A DNA stretch of 64,000 nucleotides from positions 33,030-97,029 of the forward strand of contig JBJHCF010000015.1 in NCBI GenBank assembly GCA_050506795.1, in the 5' to 3' direction. This DNA comes from Opitutia bacterium. GTDB taxonomy: Bacteria > Verrucomicrobiota > Verrucomicrobiia > Opitutales > T3Sed10-336. Position numbers and translations under genes: made by a program. The notes under the pieces are model-generated. The model did not search any database. It was given only the letters and a program-made list of their open reading frames with translations, and had not been told where the DNA came from. Of this stretch, positions 22,346 to 32,500 are shown one piece after another (within the stretch, counting starts at the first letter, position 1; each line of letters starts with the position of its first letter).

Positions 22346-23623
22346 ATGAGACCTATCGACGAAGATTCGGAAACCTTCCGGCGTTGTTTGAAACGCTCCA
22401 TATGGCGAGTTTGTCGGCCGGCCTTACCGGCGGCTTTTTTTGCGGCATTGACGGCGCTGAATGCTTCGCCGGTCGGTGCGGAGACTGAAGACACCCGGTC
22501 CCGAGGGGCGGAGTCGGCCGGTTTCAATGAAGACGAAGTGCGCCGTGTGATGCGGGAGATTCTTGCCGAGGAAGGGATCGGGGTGGCGGGACTCGAGAAC
22601 GGGCGATTTTTTATCCAGTCGGCCGATGGCAAGAACCGGCTGAACATCGGCGGACGCATTCAGCCGCGGTTCGAGTTCGAGCGGCGCGAGGGCGAGGATA
22701 ACATCAGCCAAGCTCGATTCCGCCGGCTGAGGGTGGACTTTCGAGGGCATGTGATCGACGAGAACCTGACGTTCCGGATCATGCCGGAGTTGAGGGACAA
22801 TGCCCGGCTGGATACGGCCTACGTGAATTACCGCTTCTCTGACGCCGTCCAGATACGGGTGGGTCAGTACAACGTCCCGTTTGCCTGGGAACGGGACTCC
22901 TCCAGCAGTCGCCACCAGTTGACGGAGCGCTCGACCGCTCACAACGAATTCCAGTGGCCCGGAGGCGGCGGAAAGGACGTCGGCGCAACGCTCCATGGAC
23001 GGCTCGCCGATGATGTGCGTTACGCGGCCGGCGTCTTCGGTGGAGGGGGGCGAAACCTCTCGGGCGAAAGCACCGAAGGGATCATGGTGTCCGGTCGCGT
23101 CACCTGGTCGCCGCTTGGCGAATACCCGGGCAGCGAGGCGTTGGTCCAACCTGTCGAAGGAACCAACCTTTCTTTCGGCGCCGGCGCCTGGTACGCCAAT
23201 CAAAGTGCCGTGCGCGACTGGTACCCGTGGGACGATGACGAGGATCAAACCGCCCACGCCTTCGCGAACACCCTGGACGCACAGTGGCAGAAAGGGAGAT
23301 TCTCCGCTTCCGCCGCCGTTTTCTTCCGTCAGGTGAATCCGCGGGAGGATGGTTTTTCCACCTTTGATGGCTTTGGATTCAACGTGCAGGGCGGATACCT
23401 GATTCTGCCCGAGCGCCTGTTCGGTGGGTTGCGGTACTCGCAGGCCGCCCCGGATGATACCGTGGACGAGGGGAAGACGCGCGAAGTGCTCGGCGGGATT
23501 CAGTTCTATCACAAAGGTCACCGCTCAAAAGTCCATCTGGAAGCGGGTTGGGCGCAGCGACACGACGCCGACGACTGGCGCGACACCGAGGTCGTTCGAA
23601 TGCAGTATCAATTGTTGTTTTGA
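22346..23623 (+). CDS. OprO/OprP-like porin
   Basis: Signal-like segment; GGRIQ, FRRLR, AYVNY, RVGQYNVPF; C-terminal YQLLF. Confidence 0.8.
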   Translation: MRPIDEDSETFRRCLKRSIWRVCRPALPAAFFAALTALNASPVGAETEDTRSRGAESAGFNEDEVRRVMREILAEEGIGVAGLENGRFFIQSADGKNRLNIGGRIQPRFEFERREGEDNISQARFRRLRVDFRGHVIDENLTFRIMPELRDNARLDTAYVNYRFSDAVQIRVGQYNVPFAWERDSSSSRHQLTERSTAHNEFQWPGGGGKDVGATLHGRLADDVRYAAGVFGGGGRNLSGESTEGIMVSGRVTWSPLGEYPGSEALVQPVEGTNLSFGAGAWYANQSAVRDWYPWDDDEDQTAHAFANTLDAQWQKGRFSASAAVFFRQVNPREDGFSTFDGFGFNVQGGYLILPERLFGGLRYSQAAPDDTVDEGKTREVLGGIQFYHKGHRSKVHLEAGWAQRHDADDWRDTEVVRMQYQLLF

Positions 23624-23642
23624 GGTGATCAGAAGCCCAAAA

Positions 23643-25616
23643 TCAGAACAAACTGAACGGGCATCCGGTTGGCGCCGGGACTGCTAAAATCGGGGGCGCC
23701 GGGCAGCCGAGGGCGGCGGCTACGGCGCGCAGGAGTTCGGCTTCCTCGGGAGAGACCGTTCCGTCGGATGCGGCGCAATGCACGGCGGCGTTGAGCACCC
23801 GGCGACGGATCCCGGGGCTGAGTTGATGCAGGACGCTGAATGCCCGGTGCAGGGCTTGCGGGGTGGCCGGCTTTTGCAACGGCTCTTTGTGAAACGTTGC
23901 CGGCAATTTGGATAAGGCGGCCTTCCAGGCGGTTTCGTTGTCCTTCCGTCCGGCGCGGGCCAGGGAGCCCAACAGGATCGAAATTTCCTCCCAATGGCTT
24001 CCGATCGAGTAAATGCGTTTCTCCGTCCGTCGATCACAACCGAATTGCCGGTCGAAGTGCTCGGTGACGATCTGAAAAATGCAGATCTGGTAAATCGTTC
24101 CACCCGTTTTCTCCAGGAGGATTTCCGCCCGTTGCCGGAAGACTTCGTAATCGCCTTTCTCTATTGAATGAAGCGCCGGGATGGCCAGTTCCACCAAGGC
24201 CAGACGAGATTTCCGGTCCAGCGACCCGCATGCCGGTGCGAGTTGGTTCGGATCCGGCCGGTGGTGTTCGTCCGGGAAGGGGACGGATAATTCATCCATC
24301 GAGAGACCCTCGCCGTCTTCGCCGTCCGCTCCAATCAGGAACAAGAGGACGGCGGCGGCGCCGTCGGGGGTGCGTACCGCTTCGCGCAGTCGTATTGGAA
24401 TTCGCTCGAGAATCGCCCGGGAGCGCTCGAGTCGTGACGCCTCCAGTTGTCCGATGGCGGCGGTGATGGCTTGCGCCTGCACGCGGTCCAACACGGGTTT
24501 CGACGGAGGGGGCGGATCGGGCAGTTTGATGTCGGGTACCCGGATGATCTTCGACCGGCGAAGGGCGCGTTCGTCGAGGATCACCGGAAAACGACCGTCG
24601 AAAGTGGGATCCAGAATGCGGATACGTGCTTCCAGCGGAGGGTGGGTGGTGAGGATTCGGGCGAGCACGCCGTTGACGCCGTCCACGAAAAAAATGTGGC
24701 CGGCCTCTTCGGCGAACGGGTGTTCAATCCCTCCCCCGCGCGACCATCCTCCCACCTTAAGGAGGGCTCCCGCCAGACCCTGAGGGTTGCGGGTGAATTC
24801 GACCGCCGCCGCATCGGCGATCCATTCGCGCTGTCGTGAGATGGCGCACTGGACGAGGCGTCCGAACATAAACCCGACATAGCCGATCGCCATGAGAACG
24901 GCTCCCAGGGCGGCGACGATCACGTTGCCGATAACGTTCGAGCCGCGTTGGGTCCAGTTTGACGCAATCGATCCGCCTTCGTCGGGGATTATCGAGTGCA
25001 CGGCCTCCACTCCCAGCTCATGCACGGCAAACAGGCCGTGCAGCAGGCAGATCATCCACAGATTCAACCGCATGTCGCCGTTGAGGATGTGACTGAATTC
25101 ATGGGCCACCACCGCTTGCAGTTCGGCGCGATTGAGGTTGTCGACGGCGCCGCGGGTCAAACCGATGATGGAATCTTCAATGGTGAAACCGGCCACCAGG
25201 GCGTTGATTCCGAGCTCGTTTTCGAAGATGTAGATTTCCGGCTTCGCGATGCCGGCCGCCACCGCCATTTCCTCGACCACATTGTGCAATTGTCTTTCTT
25301 TCAGGTTGCTCGCGGTTTCGGACAGACGCTTCCCCCGCAGAAGGCTCGCTACGGCCGGCCCGCCGTTCCTCAGCAGGAAATAGCGCCGGAGTACGGTCGC
25401 CGCGACGAATCCGCCGAATCCCAGACAGGTCCATCCGAAAATCTCCCAGTTCCAGAAGGGTTTGTCCCACGAGGCGAAAAGGGTTCCCCAGACATGGACG
25501 CAGATCGCCACCAGCGGATACAGCAACAGCGCCACCGCCAGAAACGTGACAAAGTAGATGATCAGAAAGAACCGCAAGCGCCTCCGCGCTAAAATCTGGC
25601 GATCGAAGAAGTCCAT
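23643..25616 (-). CDS. M48 (HtpX-like) metalloprotease with C-terminal TerB-like region
   Basis: AHEFSH, SRQREWIAD, THPPL; ASDGTVSPEEAELL. Confidence 0.9.
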   Translation of the reverse strand: MDFFDRQILARRRLRFFLIIYFVTFLAVALLLYPLVAICVHVWGTLFASWDKPFWNWEIFGWTCLGFGGFVAATVLRRYFLLRNGGPAVASLLRGKRLSETASNLKERQLHNVVEEMAVAAGIAKPEIYIFENELGINALVAGFTIEDSIIGLTRGAVDNLNRAELQAVVAHEFSHILNGDMRLNLWMICLLHGLFAVHELGVEAVHSIIPDEGGSIASNWTQRGSNVIGNVIVAALGAVLMAIGYVGFMFGRLVQCAISRQREWIADAAAVEFTRNPQGLAGALLKVGGWSRGGGIEHPFAEEAGHIFFVDGVNGVLARILTTHPPLEARIRILDPTFDGRFPVILDERALRRSKIIRVPDIKLPDPPPPSKPVLDRVQAQAITAAIGQLEASRLERSRAILERIPIRLREAVRTPDGAAAVLLFLIGADGEDGEGLSMDELSVPFPDEHHRPDPNQLAPACGSLDRKSRLALVELAIPALHSIEKGDYEVFRQRAEILLEKTGGTIYQICIFQIVTEHFDRQFGCDRRTEKRIYSIGSHWEEISILLGSLARAGRKDNETAWKAALSKLPATFHKEPLQKPATPQALHRAFSVLHQLSPGIRRRVLNAAVHCAASDGTVSPEEAELLRAVAAALGCPAPPILAVPAPTGCPFSLF

Positions 25617-25633
25617 GGAAAGATGTAGGTGGG

Positions 25634-28063
25634 CTAGAAAGTGACGGTAACCTCCTCGTCGGTCCACGTGACGCTCCGGCGCTCTCCATCGGGGATCAGT
25701 TCGATCTCGAATTCCCGGTCGTTATGGATTGGGGCGCTCCCGTCCGGAGCGGCGGGACGGAGGGTGAGTGTCAGTTCCGTGTCGTTCCACTCCATTCCGA
25801 TCCAGGTTCCCTGTCCATTGAGGTATTCGAGGTTGACGCCGTCGTCGTCGTAGAGCGTAAACTCTCCATCGGCGCCTCGGAAAATCTTGAGGGTGATGGG
25901 TTCGTCCACCACCTGGCTCGAGTACTGGCGAATCGGGTCGATCGGAATGATCGCGCCTGCGCGGGCGTAAAGCGGCATGATCGTGAGATCAACCTCCCGG
26001 CTCACGGTTCGACCGCCCTTGATCGGTTCATGAGACCACCAGTCGTACCATAGGCCTTCGGGAAGGTAGAGCGCCCTGTTTTCAGCGCCCTGCTGATAGA
26101 CCGGAGCCACAAGGATATCGCGTCCCCAGAGGTATTGGTCGCCGAGGGAGGTGGCATAATCGTCATTCGGATAGTGAAGCCACATCGCGCGCATCAGCGG
26201 CAGCCCGGTCTCCCGGGCCTGCCAGGCGAGTGAATAGACGTAAGACTGAAGCTGGTACCGGAGTTCCGTGAACTTTTTTGTGACCGGTTCGATTTCCGGG
26301 TTGTTCATTTCCGACTCCAGCGGCGGGGTGTTCGATTCGAGCGGTCCGCGCTCGATCAAGCCCCAGCCCCATGGGAGCCGAGTCCACCAGGTCCGTCCGT
26401 GGCTGCGGAACGAAGGGGTGAATGCGGCGAATTGAAACCACCTCGCAAAAAGCTCTCCAGTCAGCTCCGTGGTGGGGTAAAAACCGCCGATATCAGACCC
26501 CCACCACGGTGAGAGGCTCAGGGAATGGTTCAAACCGACCGCTATTTGGCCTTCAAGCGTTTTCCAGGTGGAGGTGGTATCGCCCGACCAGATCCAGCCA
26601 CCCCAACGGGCAATCCCGAGATGGCCATTCCGGTTGATGTTCCATGGCCGAACGTTCGGCGTGGTGGAGATCGGGCCTTCGTAGTACATTTGGTGCCGCT
26701 TCATTCGCTCCCACAGGTTGAACCAATCCCCCTCATCGGGCCACCAGCCGTCGATGCCGTCATTGACCAGATCGACATGTTCCTGCCAGTAGTTGTCAAT
26801 GTGGGACGCGTCTAGAATTTCGCCGGGTTGGGGCGGAATGGTCCCCTGGAGAGTCGGCAGGCGATTACGGCTCCAGGGGATCATGTGCAGAATCACTTTC
26901 ACGTTTCGCTCGTGCAAATCGGCGATTACGTCCCGCGGGTCCCGCTTAAAAACTTCGGGATTGTATTGATAGGACGGTTGGTTCTCATTCCAACCGCGGG
27001 GGGTGAAGCCGGTTCCGAGATAGATGACGGCATCCACCGGGATCTCTTTCTCGCGGAATGTATCCACGATATCGATCATTTGATGCTCATCCTCCAGCGT
27101 GCGGTGCGACTGCATGTAGCCCAAAGCCCATTTCGGAGGCAGGACGGTCGGGCCGGTCAGTTCCGAGAGGTCCTTCATGAACCCGGCCGGATCGCCGGCG
27201 TCAAAAACGAAAAGATCATAAACTCCGGGGTACATCGTCTCGAGCGGAGGGATCCCCTGGCCCTCATCGCGATGCTGCTGAGCCCGGTCCTGCACGGGGC
27301 TTGCGAGGCTGGTGCGATCCCTTGGGATGTAGAGCCCCTCGTTGATCGTCCGCTCCTCCACGTTGTCAAACTCCAGGTCGATCCTACCCCAGGGAGTGGC
27401 GAACCAGAGGGCCCAGCCGTCCGTCCCGACCAGCAGTGGGACCGGATTTCGGGAACCGTAGGCGTTAGCCTGCCAGCGGGGGTGCATGTTGTGGAAACGT
27501 CCGCGCCGGTCGAATTCAATCGGTTCTTCACGCCAGTCGGAGCCGGGCTGCGGTCGCGGACCACCAGGGCCCATGCCGAGAACCGGCGCATCCTGCACCT
27601 GAAATCCGACTGTTCCGTTTTCCTTGAAAACGAGCCGTTGGATCGTTCTACCCTCCCCGTTTATAACAGTGACGGTGAGCGGGTCGGGTTCCACCTCCAC
27701 ACGGAAACGCCCGACCTGGCTGGATACTCCGGAATCGAGATGCCGGATACTCAGTGCCGGGGTGGGGTAGTCCCGTTCGATCAGGGCGGGGGTGAAGGGA
27801 AATTCTTCTTCGAAATGAATCGGTTTCAGCGTGATCCGGACACTTTCGTGTCCCGCTTCGCGGATGTCGAGTTGAGCGGGCATGCCGTAGGAGCGAATTG
27901 GAGTTTGTGCCTCGATCGCCGAAGCGGTGAGGCCGGTCAGTGACACCGCACCCGCGATCACAAGACTCCGAACCCAGCCGCGCCACCTGAGTCTGCCGGA
28001 AGGGGTTTCACCCTGATCGGAATGATTGTTCAAGGTGAAAGGGAGCCACAGGTAATCGATCAT
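25634..28063 (-). CDS. Glycoside hydrolase family 31 protein
   Basis: PPKWALGY, WPDEGD, WSGD, GSDIGGF, RWFQFAAF. Confidence 0.93.
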   Translation of the reverse strand: MIDYLWLPFTLNNHSDQGETPSGRLRWRGWVRSLVIAGAVSLTGLTASAIEAQTPIRSYGMPAQLDIREAGHESVRITLKPIHFEEEFPFTPALIERDYPTPALSIRHLDSGVSSQVGRFRVEVEPDPLTVTVINGEGRTIQRLVFKENGTVGFQVQDAPVLGMGPGGPRPQPGSDWREEPIEFDRRGRFHNMHPRWQANAYGSRNPVPLLVGTDGWALWFATPWGRIDLEFDNVEERTINEGLYIPRDRTSLASPVQDRAQQHRDEGQGIPPLETMYPGVYDLFVFDAGDPAGFMKDLSELTGPTVLPPKWALGYMQSHRTLEDEHQMIDIVDTFREKEIPVDAVIYLGTGFTPRGWNENQPSYQYNPEVFKRDPRDVIADLHERNVKVILHMIPWSRNRLPTLQGTIPPQPGEILDASHIDNYWQEHVDLVNDGIDGWWPDEGDWFNLWERMKRHQMYYEGPISTTPNVRPWNINRNGHLGIARWGGWIWSGDTTSTWKTLEGQIAVGLNHSLSLSPWWGSDIGGFYPTTELTGELFARWFQFAAFTPSFRSHGRTWWTRLPWGWGLIERGPLESNTPPLESEMNNPEIEPVTKKFTELRYQLQSYVYSLAWQARETGLPLMRAMWLHYPNDDYATSLGDQYLWGRDILVAPVYQQGAENRALYLPEGLWYDWWSHEPIKGGRTVSREVDLTIMPLYARAGAIIPIDPIRQYSSQVVDEPITLKIFRGADGEFTLYDDDGVNLEYLNGQGTWIGMEWNDTELTLTLRPAAPDGSAPIHNDREFEIELIPDGERRSVTWTDEEVTVTF

Positions 28064-28363
28064 GGTATTCCCGGATTCGGTGCGGGGAAGCGGACCGCTT
28101 CAAGCAGAGCCCCTATGGGAAAATCCCCTGATTTGAGCAAAGTTTGATTAACCCGAAATAAGGTTGAATGCAATCAAACGGATCGGCCTGCCCGGGGGCA
28201 AGGTTGGAATTCGGTAATGTTGCCATTCCCGGGCATGCTTTGTTATGAAGAGTTGGAAACGGCCGGAGATTCTTTCGGATCTCAATCATCCCGACACGAG
28301 GTCTTTCGAGACCCCTCAATACGCACCTTGACGTGAAATCTGCCTGCATTTTAAAATGTCAAA

Positions 28364-29320
28364 ATGAGCTGTTATCCCGCCTCCTGGTTTCTTTGTGGTT
28401 TTTTGGTTTTCAGTAGCGTTGTCTCGGTCGGTCAACCGGCGATTGCCGCGGATAATCCGGAAAGGTGCGAGGGGCGGGGTATTGCTGGTGTCGGCGCAGT
28501 TGACGGGCAGGTGTTGGACCCGGAACAGCCGGCTCCGCGAGAGCTGGTATTGGAAACGTTTCGACAAATGTTGGCTCTGCCTCCGGAGGACCAGATCAAC
28601 TGGGACAAAGCGGTGGAGGCGGGACGGATACCTCCGAACGTCCAGGTTTTGCACGAGTACCTTCGCGATCGGCCGCACGAGGACGTTTGGGACGCGGTGC
28701 CTCCGCCCGAAATGCGGGTCCTCCCAGACGGACGAGAGGTGGAGGTTTTTCCAGTGGAAGTTCTTGGTCCAAACCTGGGGGCGAACGTAACGCAGGAGGA
28801 CCTGGACCGACTGCTGCCGGAATTGGCCGATGCTCATGAACGAATTGAGGCGTATTCGCGAACTCGATACGATGACCCGGACCCCTGGAGTCGCGTTCGA
28901 TTTGAGCCCGAGGATTTTGAAATCGCAATTGCGTACGAGGAGGAACAACCGGGGACGGAGAAGAAGGTGCTTACCCGGGGAGAGGCCGGCATGGAATATT
29001 TCGTGGAGCGAGACCGTCTGCTCGCCGGCCGACATGTCCATCGGGCATGGCAAGTCACGGATGACAGTGGTCGGGCCATTATGTACCTCGATTTTTCCGA
29101 GGAGGGTGCCGAAATTATAGCGCAAGCGACTCGCGAGGCGGTGGGAGGGTACCTTGCCCTGATGGTAAGAGGTGAGCTGCTATCCGTTCCGCGAATTCGC
29201 GCCGAGATCACAGGAGGCGAAGTGAGCATAACCGGTCTTGATCCCGAGACATTCCGGGCGATTATCGAGGAGGGCAAATCGCGTTTTCTGAACGAGAAAA
29301 GCGATCGCCAGGAACAGTGA
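28364..29320 (+). CDS. Secreted protein with a SecD P1-head-like domain
   Basis: Signal peptide; C-terminal LDFSEEGA...LALMVRGELLSVPRIRAEITGGEVSITG. Confidence 0.7.
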   Translation: MSCYPASWFLCGFLVFSSVVSVGQPAIAADNPERCEGRGIAGVGAVDGQVLDPEQPAPRELVLETFRQMLALPPEDQINWDKAVEAGRIPPNVQVLHEYLRDRPHEDVWDAVPPPEMRVLPDGREVEVFPVEVLGPNLGANVTQEDLDRLLPELADAHERIEAYSRTRYDDPDPWSRVRFEPEDFEIAIAYEEEQPGTEKKVLTRGEAGMEYFVERDRLLAGRHVHRAWQVTDDSGRAIMYLDFSEEGAEIIAQATREAVGGYLALMVRGELLSVPRIRAEITGGEVSITGLDPETFRAIIEEGKSRFLNEKSDRQEQ

Positions 29321-29341
29321 AGGCTTATAGGTTGCTAAAGC

Positions 29342-29572
29342 GAGTGGTACTCGGTTAAGGCCGTTGATCGAAACAGCGCAGTCCTGCTTTGGCAAGTTCA
29401 CCAAAAACCACGCCCGGTTTTAAAGCATTGCTGAACTGTGAAGGTTCTCACACGGAGGCACGGAGAGTTCAATCGGACCCACCTCCGTGAGCTCCGTGGC
29501 TCCGTGTGAGTCCAATTTCCGCTGTATTTTTTGCTTCATCAAACGATGAAACGCCTTAACCGAGTGCCATTC
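29342..29572. mobile_element. MITE-like dispersed repeat, family A copy 1
   Basis: 20-bp terminal inverted repeats (18/20 match): GAGTGGTACTCGGTTAAGGC and GCCTTAACCGAGTGCCATTC; homologous to 38210-38467 and 63847-64000. Confidence 0.85.
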
Positions 29573-29575
29573 GGG

Positions 29576-32500
29576 CTAGCGCACTTCGATCTGCGTTCCG
29601 GCACTTTCCGAGCGAACCTCGGGATTGTAGTAATCGTAAATGGCGGCGGTTGGCGCGGTAACGCGCAGGGGATGTTTCGCGCGGAGTTGATAGCTGAATT
29701 GAAAGGGCTGCCGAACGGGTAGTTCGTGCAGGTAGAGAATAAGCTGATTTCCGGTGATCTCGTAGCGTGCGATTCGTTCTCGGGCGACCAGAATGTCGAG
29801 GGAGTCTGCCAGGAGTTCGAACCCGGGAGGCACGCCCAGGTCGATCAACGGCATGAACACCGGGCCGGCGGTCTCGTTCACGACGGTCACGTGCGCGGTC
29901 AGAAGGTCGTTCACGCTGAGGGTCCCCCGATCGTAGGACACCTCGATAGAGAGTGCCTCCGCATTCAATGGGTCCGGTTTGATCTCCTCGGCATCGTCGC
30001 GGACCCAGTAAGAGGCCGCCAATTGCACGCCGAGGTCGCTCGGGTTCCCGGTCTGCAAACGCACGGCATTTTCACCGGTGACTACCTTCGAGGTCAGCGA
30101 AATTAAACGCATGACTTCATACTCCTCCGGCGTGATCTCCAGGCTTTCTACCGGGTCTTCGTTGAGCGAGACCGCGAGCCGAATCGTTTCCTCGGATGCG
30201 GCCACCGTGGACGTCGCCTTGAGAAGGGCCTGTATCGAGAGAATCGTCGCTTGTGTCGATCCGAAATGCCCCCAGGAGGTTCGCTGTCGTGAGATCCATG
30301 ATACAGCCTCGAGCCCAAGTGGAACGGTTGCCGGGTCGTTCAGAAGCACGAGGGCGGCCAGCGCCGTCGCCTCGACGTCCGCGGCACTGCCCGATGAGCG
30401 GGCTATGCTCCGACTTCCCGCCGTCCAGTAAGCGGCGCCACCTTCCACGCTCTGAACGGTCTGCACCAATCGCCGGGCAAAAGCCCTTCCGGTTGCGTCC
30501 GAGCGATCCAGCGCCAGGAGTGCGTTGGCGGCCAGCGCCGTTTCGTACGGCGTCTCGAATTCTCCGGCGTTTCGGCGCAGCCAAGCCGCCCCGGCTTGCA
30601 CGCGCTGACCGCGCTGGTTTGCCGATGCCAGGGACCAGACCGTGTAGGCGGTGGTTAATTGCCGAGAGCCGAATCCGCGACTGTTCCATGATCCGTCCTG
30701 TGCCTGTTCGCCATAAAGCCAGTCCATTGCGCTCGCCGTCACGCTCGGATCCACGGAGTGAATGCGCGCCATGTCAGTGAACTGCCGGACCCCGTAAGCG
30801 GTCAGCCAAACGTTTGCCGGAGAGCGTCCGAACCAATCGAATCCTCCCTCCGGGGTCTGGAAGGTGAGCAGGCGCTGGTAGCCGGTGTTGATGAGCTTTC
30901 GGGCGCGAACCTCAACTTCCGGCGTAAGCGTCTCTGTCTCCTCCAGGTAGGCGAGCACCAGGACATTGGGATAGTTCACCGATGAAGTCTGCTCGAAACA
31001 CCCGAACGGAACCCGCAACAACCCGTCCATTCCGTCCAGGACTTCAGAGAACCGTGACGGATACAACTTCAGCAAAAGCGACTCCGACCCGGGTATAGCG
31101 TTCGCCGGAAAATGCACGCTCCAATCAAGCCCCTCGCCCAGCGCCTCATTAAAAACCGTCTCAAACCGGCGCCCTGTCGGCACAACTCTTACAATCCGTT
31201 CGATCGCGTCGGATTCCCGCTCGCCGATGGCCGTGACCAGAAAGGGGTGTTCGCCGACCTGGACCGCGCGCAACGGAAAATGAATGGCCCTGACTTCGCC
31301 CGGGCCCAGATGCACGGTCACCTCGGCGCCGTCGCCCAGGGGTTCGAACCATTCGTGCTCTTCGAATCGTAAGCGCACCGTCTGTTCCCGGTCGAGGTAG
31401 TTGTAGCAGACAACCGGAAGGGCCACCTCATCCTCGAGTGAAAGTGCGACCGGCAGGTCGAGATCGACAAAAAAACTCTGAAACACCGGTACGCGCACTT
31501 CTCCTTGTCCCATCCTTCCCCGGGCATCCACGATATCGTAGGTTCCCAGCCAGGTCGTAATCGAATCCGCCAACGCCAGGTCGAGGGTGACCCTGCCGGC
31601 ATCGTCGGTGATTAATTCGGGCGCCCAAAGGAGCGTTTCGGGAAAGTCCCTGCGAACCCGCGGCGACTCACCGCTTGCTTCCTCCTGTGCCTGAACGCTG
31701 TCGCGTTCGTTATCCCGGATGACCATGGCCTGCTCGATTTGTCGCAAGTCGCTCGAGTGCACCGTTCGCCGTGCCGACTCACGAACTTTCGAGACCGTTG
31801 GAACAAACCCCGAAATCAGCAGGATCACCAGGAAGAACCAAATGAACGCCTGTACGATTGGAAATCCTGTGCCCGGCCAGGAAGTCGATTTGCGCCGCAT
31901 CCATTTTCCACCCTTGAATCGAACGATCAATCCGGTCAGCAGAGGCAGCAAAATATGAGCGAACCACAGGAGGAGGACTCCGTGCTCATCAAAATGATGA
32001 TAAGCCCACGGCACGGATCCGCGCAGCAGGGCGAATCCGGCGAGATAAAGCCAGGCGGAGGTTATAAGCACGCTCCGAATACGCGGCCCGTCGGTGTCGT
32101 CAGCAGCCGGGATACTGAGGAGAGCCTTCGAGAAAATCACCAACAAAGCCGCCGCCTCGACAACCGTGATTGTCCAGAAGAACGTGGTTTCGCTGATGAA
32201 ATTCAACCCCCAGCGGACATCGTCCAGGAAGACAAAGGTAAAAAAGACTATAGGCGGCACAATGAGGTGAACCGATGCGGCAATCAGGTAAAGATTCACG
32301 CTTCTCAGCAACGAGTAAGCCGTTTCCCTCGATCTCGAGTTCCAGTCTTCACGGATCGCATTTGAGGTTCTGGCGGCACTGGCCACCGAAAGATAAACCG
32401 GCAAGACCAAGAAAGCCAGGAGGCCGAGTCCAAATGCCCCTCCGACCAATACCCTCACCGTACGCTCCCGGGCACGCTCCCGCTCCATGACCTTTCGCGC

